This document shows positions 25,001-38,100 of a stretch of 64,000 nt of DNA, piece after piece. The translations under genes were made by a program, and so were the position numbers. Positions within the stretch are counted from its first letter, which is position 1; each line of letters begins with the position of its first letter. The notes beneath the pieces were generated by a model that was not told the origin of the DNA, ran no database searches, and worked only from the letters and a program-made list of their open reading frames with translations. This DNA is from Octopus bimaculoides (Eukaryota): contig NC_068981.1 of the NCBI RefSeq assembly GCF_001194135.2, positions 127,367,507 through 127,431,506 on the forward strand, in the 5' to 3' direction.

Positions 25001-26015
25001 GTATGGATCACTTTGTATCTATAATTAAATCACTTCATGATTGGATGGAAGCTTGGGTCAATGTTGGTGGTGGCATTGCGGGACCCATTCCTGTAGAGAA
25101 TGGTATCAAGCAGAGTGACAGCCTTGCCCCAACACTCTTTTCTTTGTACTTTGCTGCTGCTTTTACTCATATTTTTGCTAAGGTTAGCTCTCTGGGAATA
25201 TATGTCAGATATTGATCTTCTGGCCACCTCTTTAATCTTCGCCGATTTGCTGTCAATTCAAAAGTTCTCCAGTCTCTTATTCGTGACCTCCTTTATGCAG
25301 ATGACTGTGACTTAGTCACTCACACAATGGATGACATGCAAATACTCATGAATTGCATTTCTGCTTCTTGCAAAGCATTTGGACTTAGCATTAGCCCGGA
25401 CAAGACTGTATAAATTTTCCAGCCTGCACCAGGAAATCCACATGTGGAACCAGCTATCTTGGTTGAAGGAACAATTCTGAAAGTGATAGACAAGTATGTC
25501 TACCTGGGCATACCATTCTTGCTCCCTTGATGACGAAATATCTTTCAGGCTGCAGAGAGCAACTTATACCTTCCAGTCTCTTCAGTCTCATGTCTGGTCC
25601 TAGTATGGCATCAAAAGGCAAACAAACGTTGCTGTGTACCATGCATGTGTACTGACATCACTCCTTTACTCATGTAAGACATGGACCTTTTACAAACGTC
25701 TTGTAAAGGTCCTTGGAATGTTGGCTGGACCTTAAAAACTCCAGACACACAGGTCCTGACGACAACTGATAGCTTGAGTATTGAGGCGATAGTGCACAAG
25801 CACTGGTTACATTGGACTGGACACCTTATTAGAATGAAGGATAGCAGAATCCCTAAACAGATGCTATATGGGGAACTTGTAAATAGAAAGAGACCGCAGT
25901 AGAAACCAAGGCTGTGATTTAAGGACTGTGTCAAGTGCTCATTAAAGGTTTGTGATATGCAGGAGACTGACTGGGAGAACAATGCCTGTCATCGCCACAA
26001 ATAGAGGAAGCAGGT
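22064..26015 (+). mobile_element. Near full-length RTE-clade (BovB-like) LINE, inactivated
   Basis: About 1-kb 5' UTR; APE domain (ISCWNVRTLLD, ALSETH, DFNARVG, LLDYVI, TDHSLV); RT (FIDLTKAFDTVNR, GIKQSDSLAPTLF, LYADDC); many stops and frameshifts; 3' tail lost. Confidence 0.93.
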
Positions 26016-26019
26016 TAAG

Positions 26020-26775
26020 GCCAGAAGAGGTGCAAGAGAAGGAATTTGTGATGTGAAGAGTGTGCTGGTTGGAACCAATGAGGGAGGTAGTGTTGGTGAT
26101 GAAGGGGCAGGGTGGGGCTGGGGGAAAGAGAAGGTACTATGGACCAGTAGATCACGTAGGTTCCAGGCGTGTTTAAAGGAGGACAAGGGTGGGTTGAGGA
26201 AAATGGGGTAGGTGGTGGGATCAAGCTGGAGACGACAGAAGGCCTGTAGGATCCTCCGACGAAGGGGTAGGGTTGAGGGGTGGAAAAGGAGAGGAAAGGG
26301 GGTGTGGTTAGGGGATTGGTGTGGGGAAGGAGAGAGGGCGGTAGTGCGATCAATTCGACAAGCGCAGGCAAGGGCAGTTTGGACAAGGGTCGAAGAGTAT
26401 CCTCAATGCCTGAACAGGCAGGCAAAGTACCGGGACTGGGTCTCGAAATCCTGGTCCTGGCTGCACAAGTGTTGGAGGTGGAAGAACTGGGAGTAGGAGA
26501 TGGCCCGTTTGGTATGGAAGGGACGGGAGGAGAATTTGAGGTAGAGAAGTTTGAAGAAGGCAGAGGTGGTGAGAGAGTGGGAAGGTAGGCCAATGGTAAG
26601 AGAGATATCAAAGCAGTTAACTGAGGTATTAGAGATGGTAGAAGTAAATTGGAGAGAGAGGAAAGAGATGAAGTGGCAGAGTTGTTCACGGGAGAGGGAG
26701 GTGGCACCTATACAATCGTCTATGTAGCGAGCATATAGCTCTGGGGTCGGCCCAGAGAATTGGGAGAATACTTAG
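26020..26775 (-). mobile_element. Penelope-like (Neptune-type) RT fragment
   Basis: Manual minus-strand translation [11 protein letters not shown]...AISYSQFFHLQHLCS...FKHAWNLRDLLVHS...HITNSFSCTSS; truncated just before GIY-YIG. Confidence 0.8.
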
Positions 26776-26932
26776 GCCTCAATATACAAATATATACATA
26801 TATGTATATATATACATATATATGTATATAAATACATATATATATATGTATATAAACACACACATATATATATAGATGGATAGATAGATAGATAGTTAGA
26901 TAGATAGATAAATAGATATGTATATGTGTGCG

Positions 26933-26977
<45 letters not shown>

Positions 26978-27299
26978 GTGTGTGTGTGTGTGTGTGCGTG
27001 TGTGTGTCAGTCAAATTTGCAATGGATTCAGATACCATGGCAGCATATACATCTGCAACAGTGGTTGCAAGTTGAAAAAGGATGCCATTGGATATAAAAT
27101 CATAAAATTAAAATAATTCAATGGCAGAAATGAAATTTGATAGCAACCACATATAGAGATAAGAGGCAAATTTATTTTCTATCTGCTTATGGGTAGTGTA
27201 GATCAGCTGAAACAAATGACCTATAACCTGGTTGATAGACTTGGTAATAAATAGTGGCAATACCTGGTTTGGTGTATAGTAAATATGAGTATTGTCAAT

Positions 27300-28800
27300 G
27301 AATTTATACTATATACAAAATCAGGTGGGGCTGAAAAATTATGTGGCCATCTGCAGTTTCGAGCAGATGTAGTAACACAGTTGAGAGTAGGGAGAAAACT
27401 AAAGCCTGCCAGAGGGATATCACTCTGAATTCAGTTGATCTCCATAAATTAGGAAAAATCAAGGGTTGTGAAAGGCAGTACTGTGAATGTCTTCATCAAA
27501 AAAAGGTAAGCTCCCAGTGGATGGTCAGTTGAAACAACTTTCCAATGTGCATTCTACAAGGATGCATTTTGTAAAGTGGGGTGCTTTAATGTATCAATAA
27601 ATAAAAAAGTTGGGTTGTTTTATGAAACCAGTCTAAATTCACGATTATATTAGAATTTAACTGAAACACATAAGGGGTATATGTTGATTAGAAATATAGT
27701 AACGGAAGAGTTAATGAGGGGCAGTGAGATACATAGCTTGTGATTTCATGATCTGAAAAAATTATATAGGACTTCTTGTGTGTAAATGATGAGTCACTTT
27801 AATGTTGAGGATAGTAATATAAATGGGCCATGGATGGCCAGTTCAGTAGAATTCCTGACAATCAACTAAATGGTCAGCTATGATGTTTCCATGGTCAAAA
27901 TGTGAAGTTCTCAACAAATAACTAACCAAGTAGTGACTACAGTGTGGTATATTTCATTATTGAAATCTACAACAGTATTCATATCAAATCCTCTCGTGGA
28001 TTTTACATAGAGAGGAATGAGATCCTGCAAGATGACTAATAATAGAAATACTACTTCGAGACAATGTTTTCAGTAATCTCTCTACAACTAGACAGGTTAT
28101 AATATTCACTACCACAATGGTTTCATGGTACGAACCAGATTTTTCAATAGACATAAGTATACATTCAACAAAGTCTCCATGATGTTTAATCAGTAACTCC
28201 AGTTAGAAATTCTATCTCTAGCCCAGAAGACTGTAGAAATGAGCCAAAGTTTCTTCACTCAAATTTGAATTTAGTAACAGTTAATTAAACAATACAATTG
28301 GCACCATAGCAATAAACTGGTCTTCACCTGGAATTTAATTTTAGCTACATTGATTAAAATTGAAAGGGTTAAGTGTCTCCTTCAGTGAAATGTTATAATT
28401 TTTACAAATGAAGTAAGGTCCTGAATTTGAATAGTGTGATATCTTAATAATGTTGGTCACCATTAAAGAAATATTGGGCAGTTGAACTGGAGATGTTACC
28501 ATTGACTTGTCAATAGATTTGAATTGAAGACATTATAGTTATTTGATCAGTGAATTGAACTAAGAATATAACAATTGATTGATCTAATGAGTTTATCAAC
28601 AGTGGATTAGTGAAATACCAAACTGAGGGAATTTATATTAGTTAGAAGAGGTGATAATAGAGTGAAAGGCAGATCTTTTTGAAGGATCTATGAAGGTCCT
28701 TCCAAAGAGATAATACCAAGACAAAACTGTCTGGCCAGTGGATTACTGAAATGAGGTATTACACTGAAAAAAAGCTATTTGATGACATTAAAAGGTGCTA
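27300..28800 (-). mobile_element. Possible very old Penelope-like element
   Basis: Only scattered motif-like remnants in the expected order (e.g. CRMHIGK near 27550); no long ORF. Confidence 0.3.
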
Positions 28801-28870
28801 ACTGCTAGTAGCTCTAGTGCTATTCTAGAACTATCACCCTCCTACAAAATGAAATATATAAACAACTTAC

Positions 28871-29053
28871 CATAAGTAGACTGTCTCTTCGCATTACAGC
28901 CAATTCTACATTCTTTCCACCTGACTGGACAACTTCTAGTAAAGCACGAAGAGCTAATTTTATACATTCTTCATCTTTTTCGGCCAACTCATCAGTGTAT
29001 CCTTTCTTTAGATATTCTCGTACCGTCTTTGCACTTCTGCCGATGGCATTAGC
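28871..29053 (-). CDS. PSMA7: PSMA7 coding exon 5 (183 nt)
   Basis: [61 protein letters not shown]; cttccttctAG acceptor, GTAAGT donor. Confidence 0.97.
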
Positions 29054-29699
29054 CTAGAAGGAAGAAATAGAAATACATAATGGTCCTAATGAATACTTGC
29101 TGCTACTGGATTTTTTCATATCGTTTTTACCAACCACAGAATTCTGTTCAAATATCATCCTAGTAACCATATTAGCATCATTATTGGTTTCAAGTTTTGG
29201 CACAAGGCCAGCAGGTTTGGGAGAAGAGGCAAGTTGATTAAATCAACCCCAAAAGGATGAAAGGCAAAGTTGACTGGGCGACATTTGAATACAGAACATA
29301 AAGACGGATGAAATGCTGCTAAGCATTTTGCCCGGTATGCTAACAATCCTGCCAGCTCACCCTCTTTAACCATACCAACATCATTATTAACACCTACAAA
29401 CAATAATAAAGCCAAAACAAATTATCCCAACATTTTTATCATTGCAATCCATTTTAGTAAATTAATAATTCTCTACAACTCATTTTGTAAAATCAATAAC
29501 TATCCACAACCCCATCTTTTAATATATTCCAGTGGAGCAAATATAACATTTGATACTGTTGGAAATATTCCTTAGTTTTGATTTGTAATAAATGTAGTGT
29601 TAGAGCCCTTGTGCTTATGGCATATTGCATAAAGCATATTCTGGAATATTTGAGCTAATATTCTATTTTCATGACCCTTTTAGATTTATACACAGGAAT

Positions 29700-31180
29700 T
29701 AATAACATTGGCATAATTACTCTCCCTAGACACAACACAAAAGAGACAGTAGTCTTTGTGTGTGGCAAATGTGCAAGTACAATAAACACTAAGAATGTAC
29801 AGATAATAGACTTCCTCAAATGTCTGGGAGGGGAATTAGAAGTAATAGATAACTTTTGTTATCTAGATAACCAAGTTAGCAGTGGAGGAGGATGCTCTGA
29901 GAGCATAGTTGCTAGAATAAGAACAAACTGGGCAAAGTTCAGAGAGCTACAACCTTTGTTGGTAAGAAAGGGCTTCTCCCTCAGAGTGAAGGGCAGATTG
30001 TATGAAGCCTGTGTACATAGTGAAACGTGAACTGTGTCTGCAGAGGACATGCGATGGCCTGAAAGAAACAAAACTAGCATGCTCTGCAAGATGTGCAATG
30101 TCAGTGTGCATGTACAGTAGAGTGTAAGTGTTTTAAGAGAAAAATTGGGTATGAGGCATCAGATGTAGAATGCAAGAGAGAAGACTGTGCTGGTATGATC
30201 ATAAGATGCATATGGATGAGGACAACTGCATAAGGAAGTGCTGATCTCTAATTGTGGAGGGAACCTGTGGAAGTGGGTGACCCAGGAAGACATGTGACAA
30301 AGTGGTGAGAAATTATCTTCAGACGTTGAGCTTCACAGAGCTAACAAGGTTCTGGACTCTAGTAATTTTCAGTGCTTCAGAAGACATGGCAAGTCAAGTA
30401 AAAGTATGGCCATCCATACATACAAGCATTCCTTTATAGCTATGTCACCCCCACCATCACATAATGTACCCACTGTCATTATTTCCCCTGCAACTCATCT
30501 TCCCAATACCTGACATTCCACCACCTGCTGCCAGCCACTCATGTGCCTATCTGCACATTCTCCATGCTTTCACACATCAACCTTACCCACCTCCCAGCCA
30601 CTCCAAATTCTCTCACTATCACTTGCTACAGACACCTCTTCCCTATCCTTAAACATCTCTCTGCTCACACTCTTATGGAACACCCTCTCTATGCCCTCTG
30701 TACCACTTATCCTCTTCCCTCACTGTACCCTGTGGGTAAGTCCTGATGCATTTCCAACATCATTTCTTTCTCACTCTGACTGTTTTTCTATCTTTCTCTC
30801 TAACACTATCCCTCCTTTTTTCTCCCTACTAGGATAACCAGGTATCCCCTCTATAGTAAGACACCTATCCCTATCCTATCTCTAACCTGGCACAAAGCCA
30901 CTTACCTCGGTTCTACTCCTTTTCCCAACTAAGAGATTTTCAACTTGGTGACCCTACTGGTGTTGGTGCTATATAAAAAGCATCAGTACTGGTACCATAT
31001 AGAAGCATCTAGTATACTCTGTGAAGTGGTTGGCTTTAGGTAGGGCATCCAGCCATAGAAGCCATACCAAAGCAGACAATGGAGCCTGATGCAGCTCTCT
31101 AGCTTGACAGTTCCTGTCAAACCGTCCAACCCATGACAGTATGAAAAACAGACGTTAAATGATGATGGTAATGATGATGA
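29700..31180 (+). mobile_element. RTE LINE 3' end with CT-rich 3' UTR and (TGA)n tail
   Basis: LEVIDNFCYLDNQVSSGGGCSESIVARIRTNWAKFRELQPLL...GRLYEAC; its 3' UTR ends in the sequence shared by the many short RTE-tail copies. Confidence 0.88.
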
Positions 31181-31506
31181 TGACCATGACTTAATTTAGG
31201 CGGTGATCCACAGGTTGGGAATTGCTTATTTAATTAGATGTTTTACTACTCGGTGAAACAGCAAAATCTCCCTTGGTAATATTGCCTTTCAACTGGGGAC
31301 AAAATGTTTTAGGCCTTATGACATAGGACAAGATGTCCTTCCAAAAGTAAAAGGTAATCACAGAAAGAATTCTGATCAAGCATCTCTACAATCAGTATTT
31401 ACCATGTCATAATAGCATGTTAGAATGGCGAGTTGTAGGGCTTCTCAAAAACAAATGGATTAAATACACTGGATTACAAAGTAAATAGAAAAAAAAAACT
31501 ACTTAC

Positions 31507-31629
31507 TTTCCATTCATGATATGTTCCTGAAGGATCAGTCTGATAGAGACGGGGTGTGCCATCATAATCAAATCCAACAATTAGAGCAGACAAGCCAAAT
31601 GGACGACGGCCATTACTCTGAGTATATTT
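31507..31629 (-). CDS. PSMA7: PSMA7 coding exon 4 (123 nt)
   Basis: [41 protein letters not shown]; cAG acceptor, GTAAGT donor. Confidence 0.98.
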
Positions 31630-31899
31630 CTGGTAATATAAGACAAAGAGAAATTAGAAAACTATAAATAATTTCAAGCAAATCTAACTGGAATATTCAA
31701 GACGCAGGAAAAAAAAAAACAAGATCTAATGGTTTAAAACAGAAATTTTAAGATTACTGGTCAGATGAACAACTAATGTAAATGTAGGAATATAGTACAA
31801 CATTCACAAATGAATTTATTAATTCAGTGTAAGAATTTGGTTTAGCTCTGAAATAATTTGAAATTAGTTAAATAATTTACATCAGTCAAATCAATAAAC

Positions 31900-32950
31900 A
31901 GAGAAGGTGAGGCCTGGCAAGTAAAGCAGATGCCATTTAAAGAAGAATTCTCAAAGTAGTTTATCATGAGCCATTTTGATTTACTGAATACTCTGATGGA
32001 TCAATTGAGTATGAAATAAAACAAGTTCAACTAAACATCAAATAATGCAACCTAAAATAAACAAATGCATAAATATATACTGACAAAATCCTAATGCTTA
32101 ATACTGCTTAAAGATGAAGATGATTTTCAAATATGTTTGGTGGCTACAATGTCATCTATTTTTGGAGGAGTTCGCACTAAAGCACATTTCAACAAAGTTT
32201 CTATTCTTTGATTTAATGTAGAGAAGTGAAGAAAATCTACATCACAAAAATACGTAGATGCAAAGGAAAGAAGGATCTTGAATGCATGACCTATAATACC
32301 AAGATAGGGCTTTTGATATGTGGAACTAAAAGCTTTTGAGGAATGAAGAACTATTGTCGGGAACTATTCCTCTTGAACTGGGCCTGAAATTTTGTTGATT
32401 TTTATGAATGGGCTGCTCATCAGGACATTCTCTTGCACCACCTCTAGAATATAGCACTGAAACTTTTGCTTCAGCTTCTATAAATGCAAAACAATTTCTT
32501 ATAGGATATTTTGAGATTGTTCAATAACTTAGATTTGGAAAGTGAATATAATATCCCACTTCTGTCTCCCATCACCCCAAAGATTCAACTTCTCAAGGAA
32601 TTATTTGATTTCGCTTCCACATGTTACAAGACTTTCACCTAACCTTGCATAGAGAAGTTTAAATTATCTAATTCTACAAAAAATGTCAGCTAAATATGTA
32701 ACCTTCAAAGAAGACTCTAATAAATGTCTTTGAAGTTCTTTTTCAGAGTCTACAAGAACATATTTAACTCCTCTCTTAACTTAAGAATCATTGTCTAAAC
32801 ATTTCCAGTGGAAACCCACAGTACTAAAGTATAGAAGGGTAACAGTATACCAGCTTCATAACTCAGCAAAGACTTTTAGAGAGCCATTTACTTATAACTG
32901 AATATTTGACAAAATTATCCACCTAAACGATCCCTTTCAATACAACATTA
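31900..32950 (-). mobile_element. hAT (Buster/Charlie-like) transposase remnant
   Basis: Minus-strand remnants VTYLADIF, NLNFSMQG, KLNLW. Confidence 0.55.
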
Positions 32951-33311
32951 TATACAACATTTAGTACAATGCATGAACTTGTGATTGTGAGTTTGTTGAG
33001 CAAAACACTCCTTCTCAAGTTGCTCTGCAATCGCTTCAATATTTGATTCATGGCACACTGTGCACCTGTACAAGCAATGTCAATTTGATGGCAGAAGTGA
33101 GCTTATGTGCAGTACAAACATTTGATCACTATAAACAAATTGTCTGTGAAGGCTGTTCAGTAAGAAAATACAGAACCATCTTTCTCTTATTGAGAGACTA
33201 CCATTAATACAACATTCAAGTCACTCAATAATGTCATAGCAGCCAAACATTTTGTATGTATAAAGCAATGCACTTTTTCATCATCGTTTATAATCTTGAT
33301 TTTAAGCCAGG

Positions 33312-33313
<2 letters not shown>

Positions 33314-33400
<87 letters not shown>
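33314..33400. repeat. (GT)n microsatellite
   Basis: Uninterrupted TG run in PSMA7 intron 3. Confidence 0.99.
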
Positions 33401-33402
<2 letters not shown>

Positions 33403-33720
33403 CAGTAGGTATTAATGCATGATTGAGAAAGATGTTCTAGAGAGAGTTTAAATAGTTGTTTAGTGACAACAAAGGAAATACTATGCAGACATAAATGTAA
33501 ATATCTCCAAGACAGGACACTCACCTACTGTTACAGCTGAGCAAACTGGGACAATGTTAAAGAATGTGTTTTACAACAGAAAATACATAAGAAATCATTT
33601 GTGCAAGATATTTTGAAGTCACTAACATGAGCAGATAATCTAATATCTTATTCACTTGACTGTCGTACTTCTATTTGCATAACTGTTAAGAAGTATTTCA
33701 TTCAGAAAACATTTGGGTCA

Positions 33721-33996
<276 letters not shown>

Positions 33997-34599
33997 CTAG
34001 GATGTGAAATGAAAAATAAAGATAAAGCAGTGCAAGGTATTAATTATTATTGTTTTTTGATTGGTTAGTTGGTTGATAGATGGATGGGTAGGTGGATTGA
34101 TGGTTGAATATAATGCATTTTTCATACAACAGTTAGGCAAGGTTGCATGGTTGAGAAATTCACTTCCCAACCACATGCTTTTGGGTTCAGTCCTATCACT
34201 CAGTACCTTGAGCAAGAGTTACTACTATCGCTGAATGGACTTAGTAGAAGTGCATGTGTGTGTATATGCACACTTGTGTCTCCTTGTCATGACATCACAT
34301 GTTAGTTGTAAATGAACATCACTGTCATACAAATGGAGTCTTTTGTTGCTGATCTTCTGAGGAAACATCTGTCTACAGAAAATCTGCCTCAGTAAATTCT
34401 GTCTGACCCATGTGAGTGTGGAAAAGTGGACAATAAAATAATCAAAAGGTCATCATAAATATATGCTAAAATGATTATTTTCATTCTCTATATTATTATA
34501 AAGGGAAATATGAAGAAAAAGGTCTTAATAATAGTTTGATCAAATTGATGTGGAAAAAATCTAGAAATGAAGTCTATCAGATAAGCAAAATATAATATC

Positions 34600-35240
34600 C
34601 TTATCATTTTACAACTACTTTCCTTGCTGGAATGCATTGGACAGGCTCTCATGGTCCCTGTCTCTACCTTCCCCAACTTATGCATCATTGGTTATCACCC
34701 CTACATTCACCCTTCAATCCTACCCAATGCCTATTTCGCATCCCATCTCTCAACTCTTGCTCCTCCATACACTCTTGCACCCACCCCACATTCCTAGTTC
34801 CTCTGCCCCTACTCACCTTGTACCTTGAGGGGCCATTTGGATACCTCATTACCACAATTTTTATTTTGTCGTTTTGCAACACTCTTTCTGATCATTTTCA
34901 TCCTCTCTTCTAAATGTATGTAGCCCGTAGCCATGTCGCTCCCCTACAACAAGAACCTGCTCTTTCCTACTCCCTTCTCTCCGACTTTAAACCCCTCATC
35001 TTCTAGTATAAAGCTGACTCCCTCTACAGGATTTGTAATCTTGCAAGCTGCATCACGACCTCACTCCAGTCAGTGGCATGAAAAAACTACCCAGTACACT
35101 TTGTAAAGTGTTTGGCATTAGTAAAGTCATTCAACCATAAAAACTGGAGCACAATGCAGTCCTTGGACTAATCAGATCCTGTCAAACTGTCCAACTCATG
35201 CCAGCATGGAATATGGATGTTAAATGACGATGATGAGATA
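34600..35240 (+). mobile_element. RTE 3' UTR/tail copy
   Basis: CT-rich UTR plus gcatggaatatggatgttaaatgacgatgatga tail. Confidence 0.65.
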
Positions 35241-35244
35241 TATA

Positions 35245-35292
<48 letters not shown>

Positions 35293-35298
35293 CACACA

Positions 35299-36544
35299 CA
35301 GAGTGCGAGGAGTATTTGAGGACATTTTGTTTTTAGTTCATTACACCTTCAAATGATTTAATGTATCTCTTTCAAGATATCATGTTAACTCAAAAAATGA
35401 AAATACATGCAGTCATAGTTGCTATACATGCAAACCACAGTGATTTCGAAATAAGCAACTTTCTAAATGTTGCAAGATCAGTTGTACACAAAGTTTGGTT
35501 GGAATTGGAGGCATGTGACGGTCATGTTTCACCTATAACAAAGAGATAAAAAACACTTACAATGCTTAGACACTAAAAGGACACCAGAATTTATACCACA
35601 TGTTCAAAACATTATCTATGAAAATCCCAGAAGATCAATGAGGTCCATTGCCAAAGAACCTCAGGTGTCAGAGTGGACTATCAGAACTGTGGTACATCAT
35701 GATATTCAACACAAGTCCTATGTAATGAGGAAAGGCCAATTTGTATCTGCAAAGACACAGGCAAACCATCTCATCTATTGAAATCAGTTACTTAGTAAAG
35801 TGAAAAACCCTCATGAGCAAAGCATGCTTTGTTTTTTTTCTGACGAAAAAAACTTTGAGCAGGTTCAAAAGTCTAACAGAAGAAATGACAGGTAGTTGTG
35901 TACAGCTCCTTCTGAAGTACCCAGAGTGATGCACACGAAATTTCCAACAACTGTGATGGTCTTAGGAGTGGTGAATAGCAAAGGTCATGTGATGCCTCCC
36001 ACTTTTTTCCACAGGGTCTTAGAATTAATACTGCTGGATTCACTGAGGTACTACGAAACTGTTATCAAGCCCTGGATTGATGAAGTATGCAATAGAAAGC
36101 CATACGTGTTTCAACAAGACTCAGCAGCTTCTCACAAAGCCCTAGTCACCCAAGAATGGTTGTCAGACAATCTTTACAATTCTGTGACCCCTAATATGTG
36201 GCCTTCCAGCTCACCAATTTGAATCCCATGGACTATTACATGTGGAGCGCTGTTAGAAGGGAGACTAACAGTCATCCTCATAATACCATAGCTTCACTGA
36301 AGGCCGCTATTGTCTAGGTGATGTCTGAAATGAATAAGGACCATATAGTGTCAGCATGCCAGTGGTTTTGGTCCTGTATTGAAGCAGTCATCAAAGCCGA
36401 AGGCAGTTTCATAGAATAATTTGCTTAAAAAATCATTATCAAGACTAATTGCACAAATGCTTATTCAAATACATATTTATTTATGCTGAAATATACTTGT
36501 TTTATTGTATACCAAAACTGTCCTCAAATACTCCTTGCACCCTG
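35299..36544 (+). mobile_element. maT (DD37D) Tc1/mariner element, defective
   Basis: TIRs CAGAGTGCGAGGAGTATTTGAGGACA / TGTCCTCAAATACTCCTTGCACCCTG; FFSDEKNF, VFQQDSAASH, WPSSSP(N)LNPMDY with 37 residues between D2 and D3 after correcting one frameshift. Confidence 0.92.
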
Positions 36545-37747
36545 TATATATATCTGAGATGTGCTTCTTTCAATTTCAGTCTGCCAAATCTACACACATG
36601 GCTTTGGCCAGCCTGGGGGCTATAGTAGATGACATTTCCTCAAGGTGTTACATAGTGGGACTAAACCTGAAACTATGTGGTTGAGAAGCAAACTTCTTAC
36701 CACACAGACATGCCTGCACCTAAAGAATACTTAATAAGTATAGAAGAATAAGTATTACTGAATATTTCAAAATAGGAAAATTGGATACAAATATGATTTT
36801 AAAAGGGTATATAAAAATAATTTCAAATTTCAGCACAAAGCATACAAATACTGGTGGAGAAGTGTAGACAATTTTGCTATAATTTCAATGACTTCAGAAG
36901 ATTAAAAGGCAGTCAATCAGTAGAATGTTTACTCACAACATAGAAAAATTTTAAATACTGTAACACATTCATTTAACCCTACATCCTACTGTTTCTGGCA
37001 GAATAATAATGCGTCAGCATTCATTTTTCTCTACATATCTTGAACCTGTGTCTAATATATCTTTTTTAAAGTTTAATATTCTTAAGTCTGATCTAATTAT
37101 TATTTGACAGGTTTCTTCCAATTTATATCTACAATGAGTAATTTCTACCACATACTTGTAGTACTGTTTCACCCAGTTTTATCATCCATTTACATGTCTC
37201 CATGTACACTTATCAGGCCTTTGACTATATTACACAACTAAAAGACACTAAAAAACTTTATTCCTGCAAATTGTTTGATCTGACAAAGTCAGCAGCTTAT
37301 ATTAGAATGAATTCTTCAAGAATTTTTTGAATTCCATAAGATACATACTGTAATTTATGATCATCAGATTGTGATTCTCAATAGATAATTTGTATAAACT
37401 GCTACGCTAGGACAGGCAACAACAGTCATTTTATAAATCAATTTGCAATCATTTTTTTTTTTTTTTGCATTAGGAAAATAGTAACTATAATTTGGATGTT
37501 GGCAATATCAGTATATTTTTAAGCAGACACTAATTTCTATTTACAGAATATTTTTTAAAATCCATATGTGTAGCTATCCAACATAGGTTGGACAGCTGGA
37601 CAAATTCAGATATTTGCATGCAAAGTTACATTTAGAATCAAAGTATGTACTTAACTTATTGGTTTAAGTCAATTGAAATATGTTTTGAGTAATAACACTT
37701 AATATTAATAGTCAACCAATTTCTGAAGGTGTCATTTCATAACTTAT

Positions 37748-37843
37748 AATTATATCTCTTTTCAGTTGGCTTGACTGAAAATTATATCTCTTTTCAGTTG
37801 GCTTGACTGAAAATTATATCTCTTTTCAGTTGGCTTGACTGAA
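37748..37843. repeat. Perfect 3 x 32-bp tandem repeat with an internal hairpin
   Basis: Unit aattatatctcttttcagttggcttgactgaa, three identical copies. Confidence 0.97.
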
Positions 37844-37973
37844 AATAAGAATGGCTCCATAATTCATTCAAATAATAAATTCTTTAACAATTTGTACTGA
37901 AATACCCAGCTTTTCAAAATTAATATTACTCATTCTAACAAGTTAAAATAGATATAAGATTATTGTTTATAAC

Positions 37974-38100
37974 CTGCAAATGCCATAGCAACATGTTCAT
38001 CAAGTAGTGCTATTTTCCTAAGGGTTCTCTCCTCTTGTAGTTTAGCGACAGCTTTTTTTTCAACACCAAGCACAACTATGTTCTTTCCTGTGACACCAAC
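37974..38100 (-). CDS. PSMA7: PSMA7 coding exon 2 (127 nt)
   Basis: ttttttatAG acceptor; [42 protein letters not shown](G); GT donor, phase 1. Confidence 0.97.

Noticed and set aside
26015-26707. 230-aa Pro/Ser-rich ORF as a host gene
   Set aside because: Off-frame reading of a C/T-rich Penelope RT whose real frame contains RYIDD.
37748-37843. CRISPR-like 32-bp palindromic repeats
   Set aside because: Units are directly adjacent with no spacers, there are no cas genes, and the context is a eukaryotic intron.
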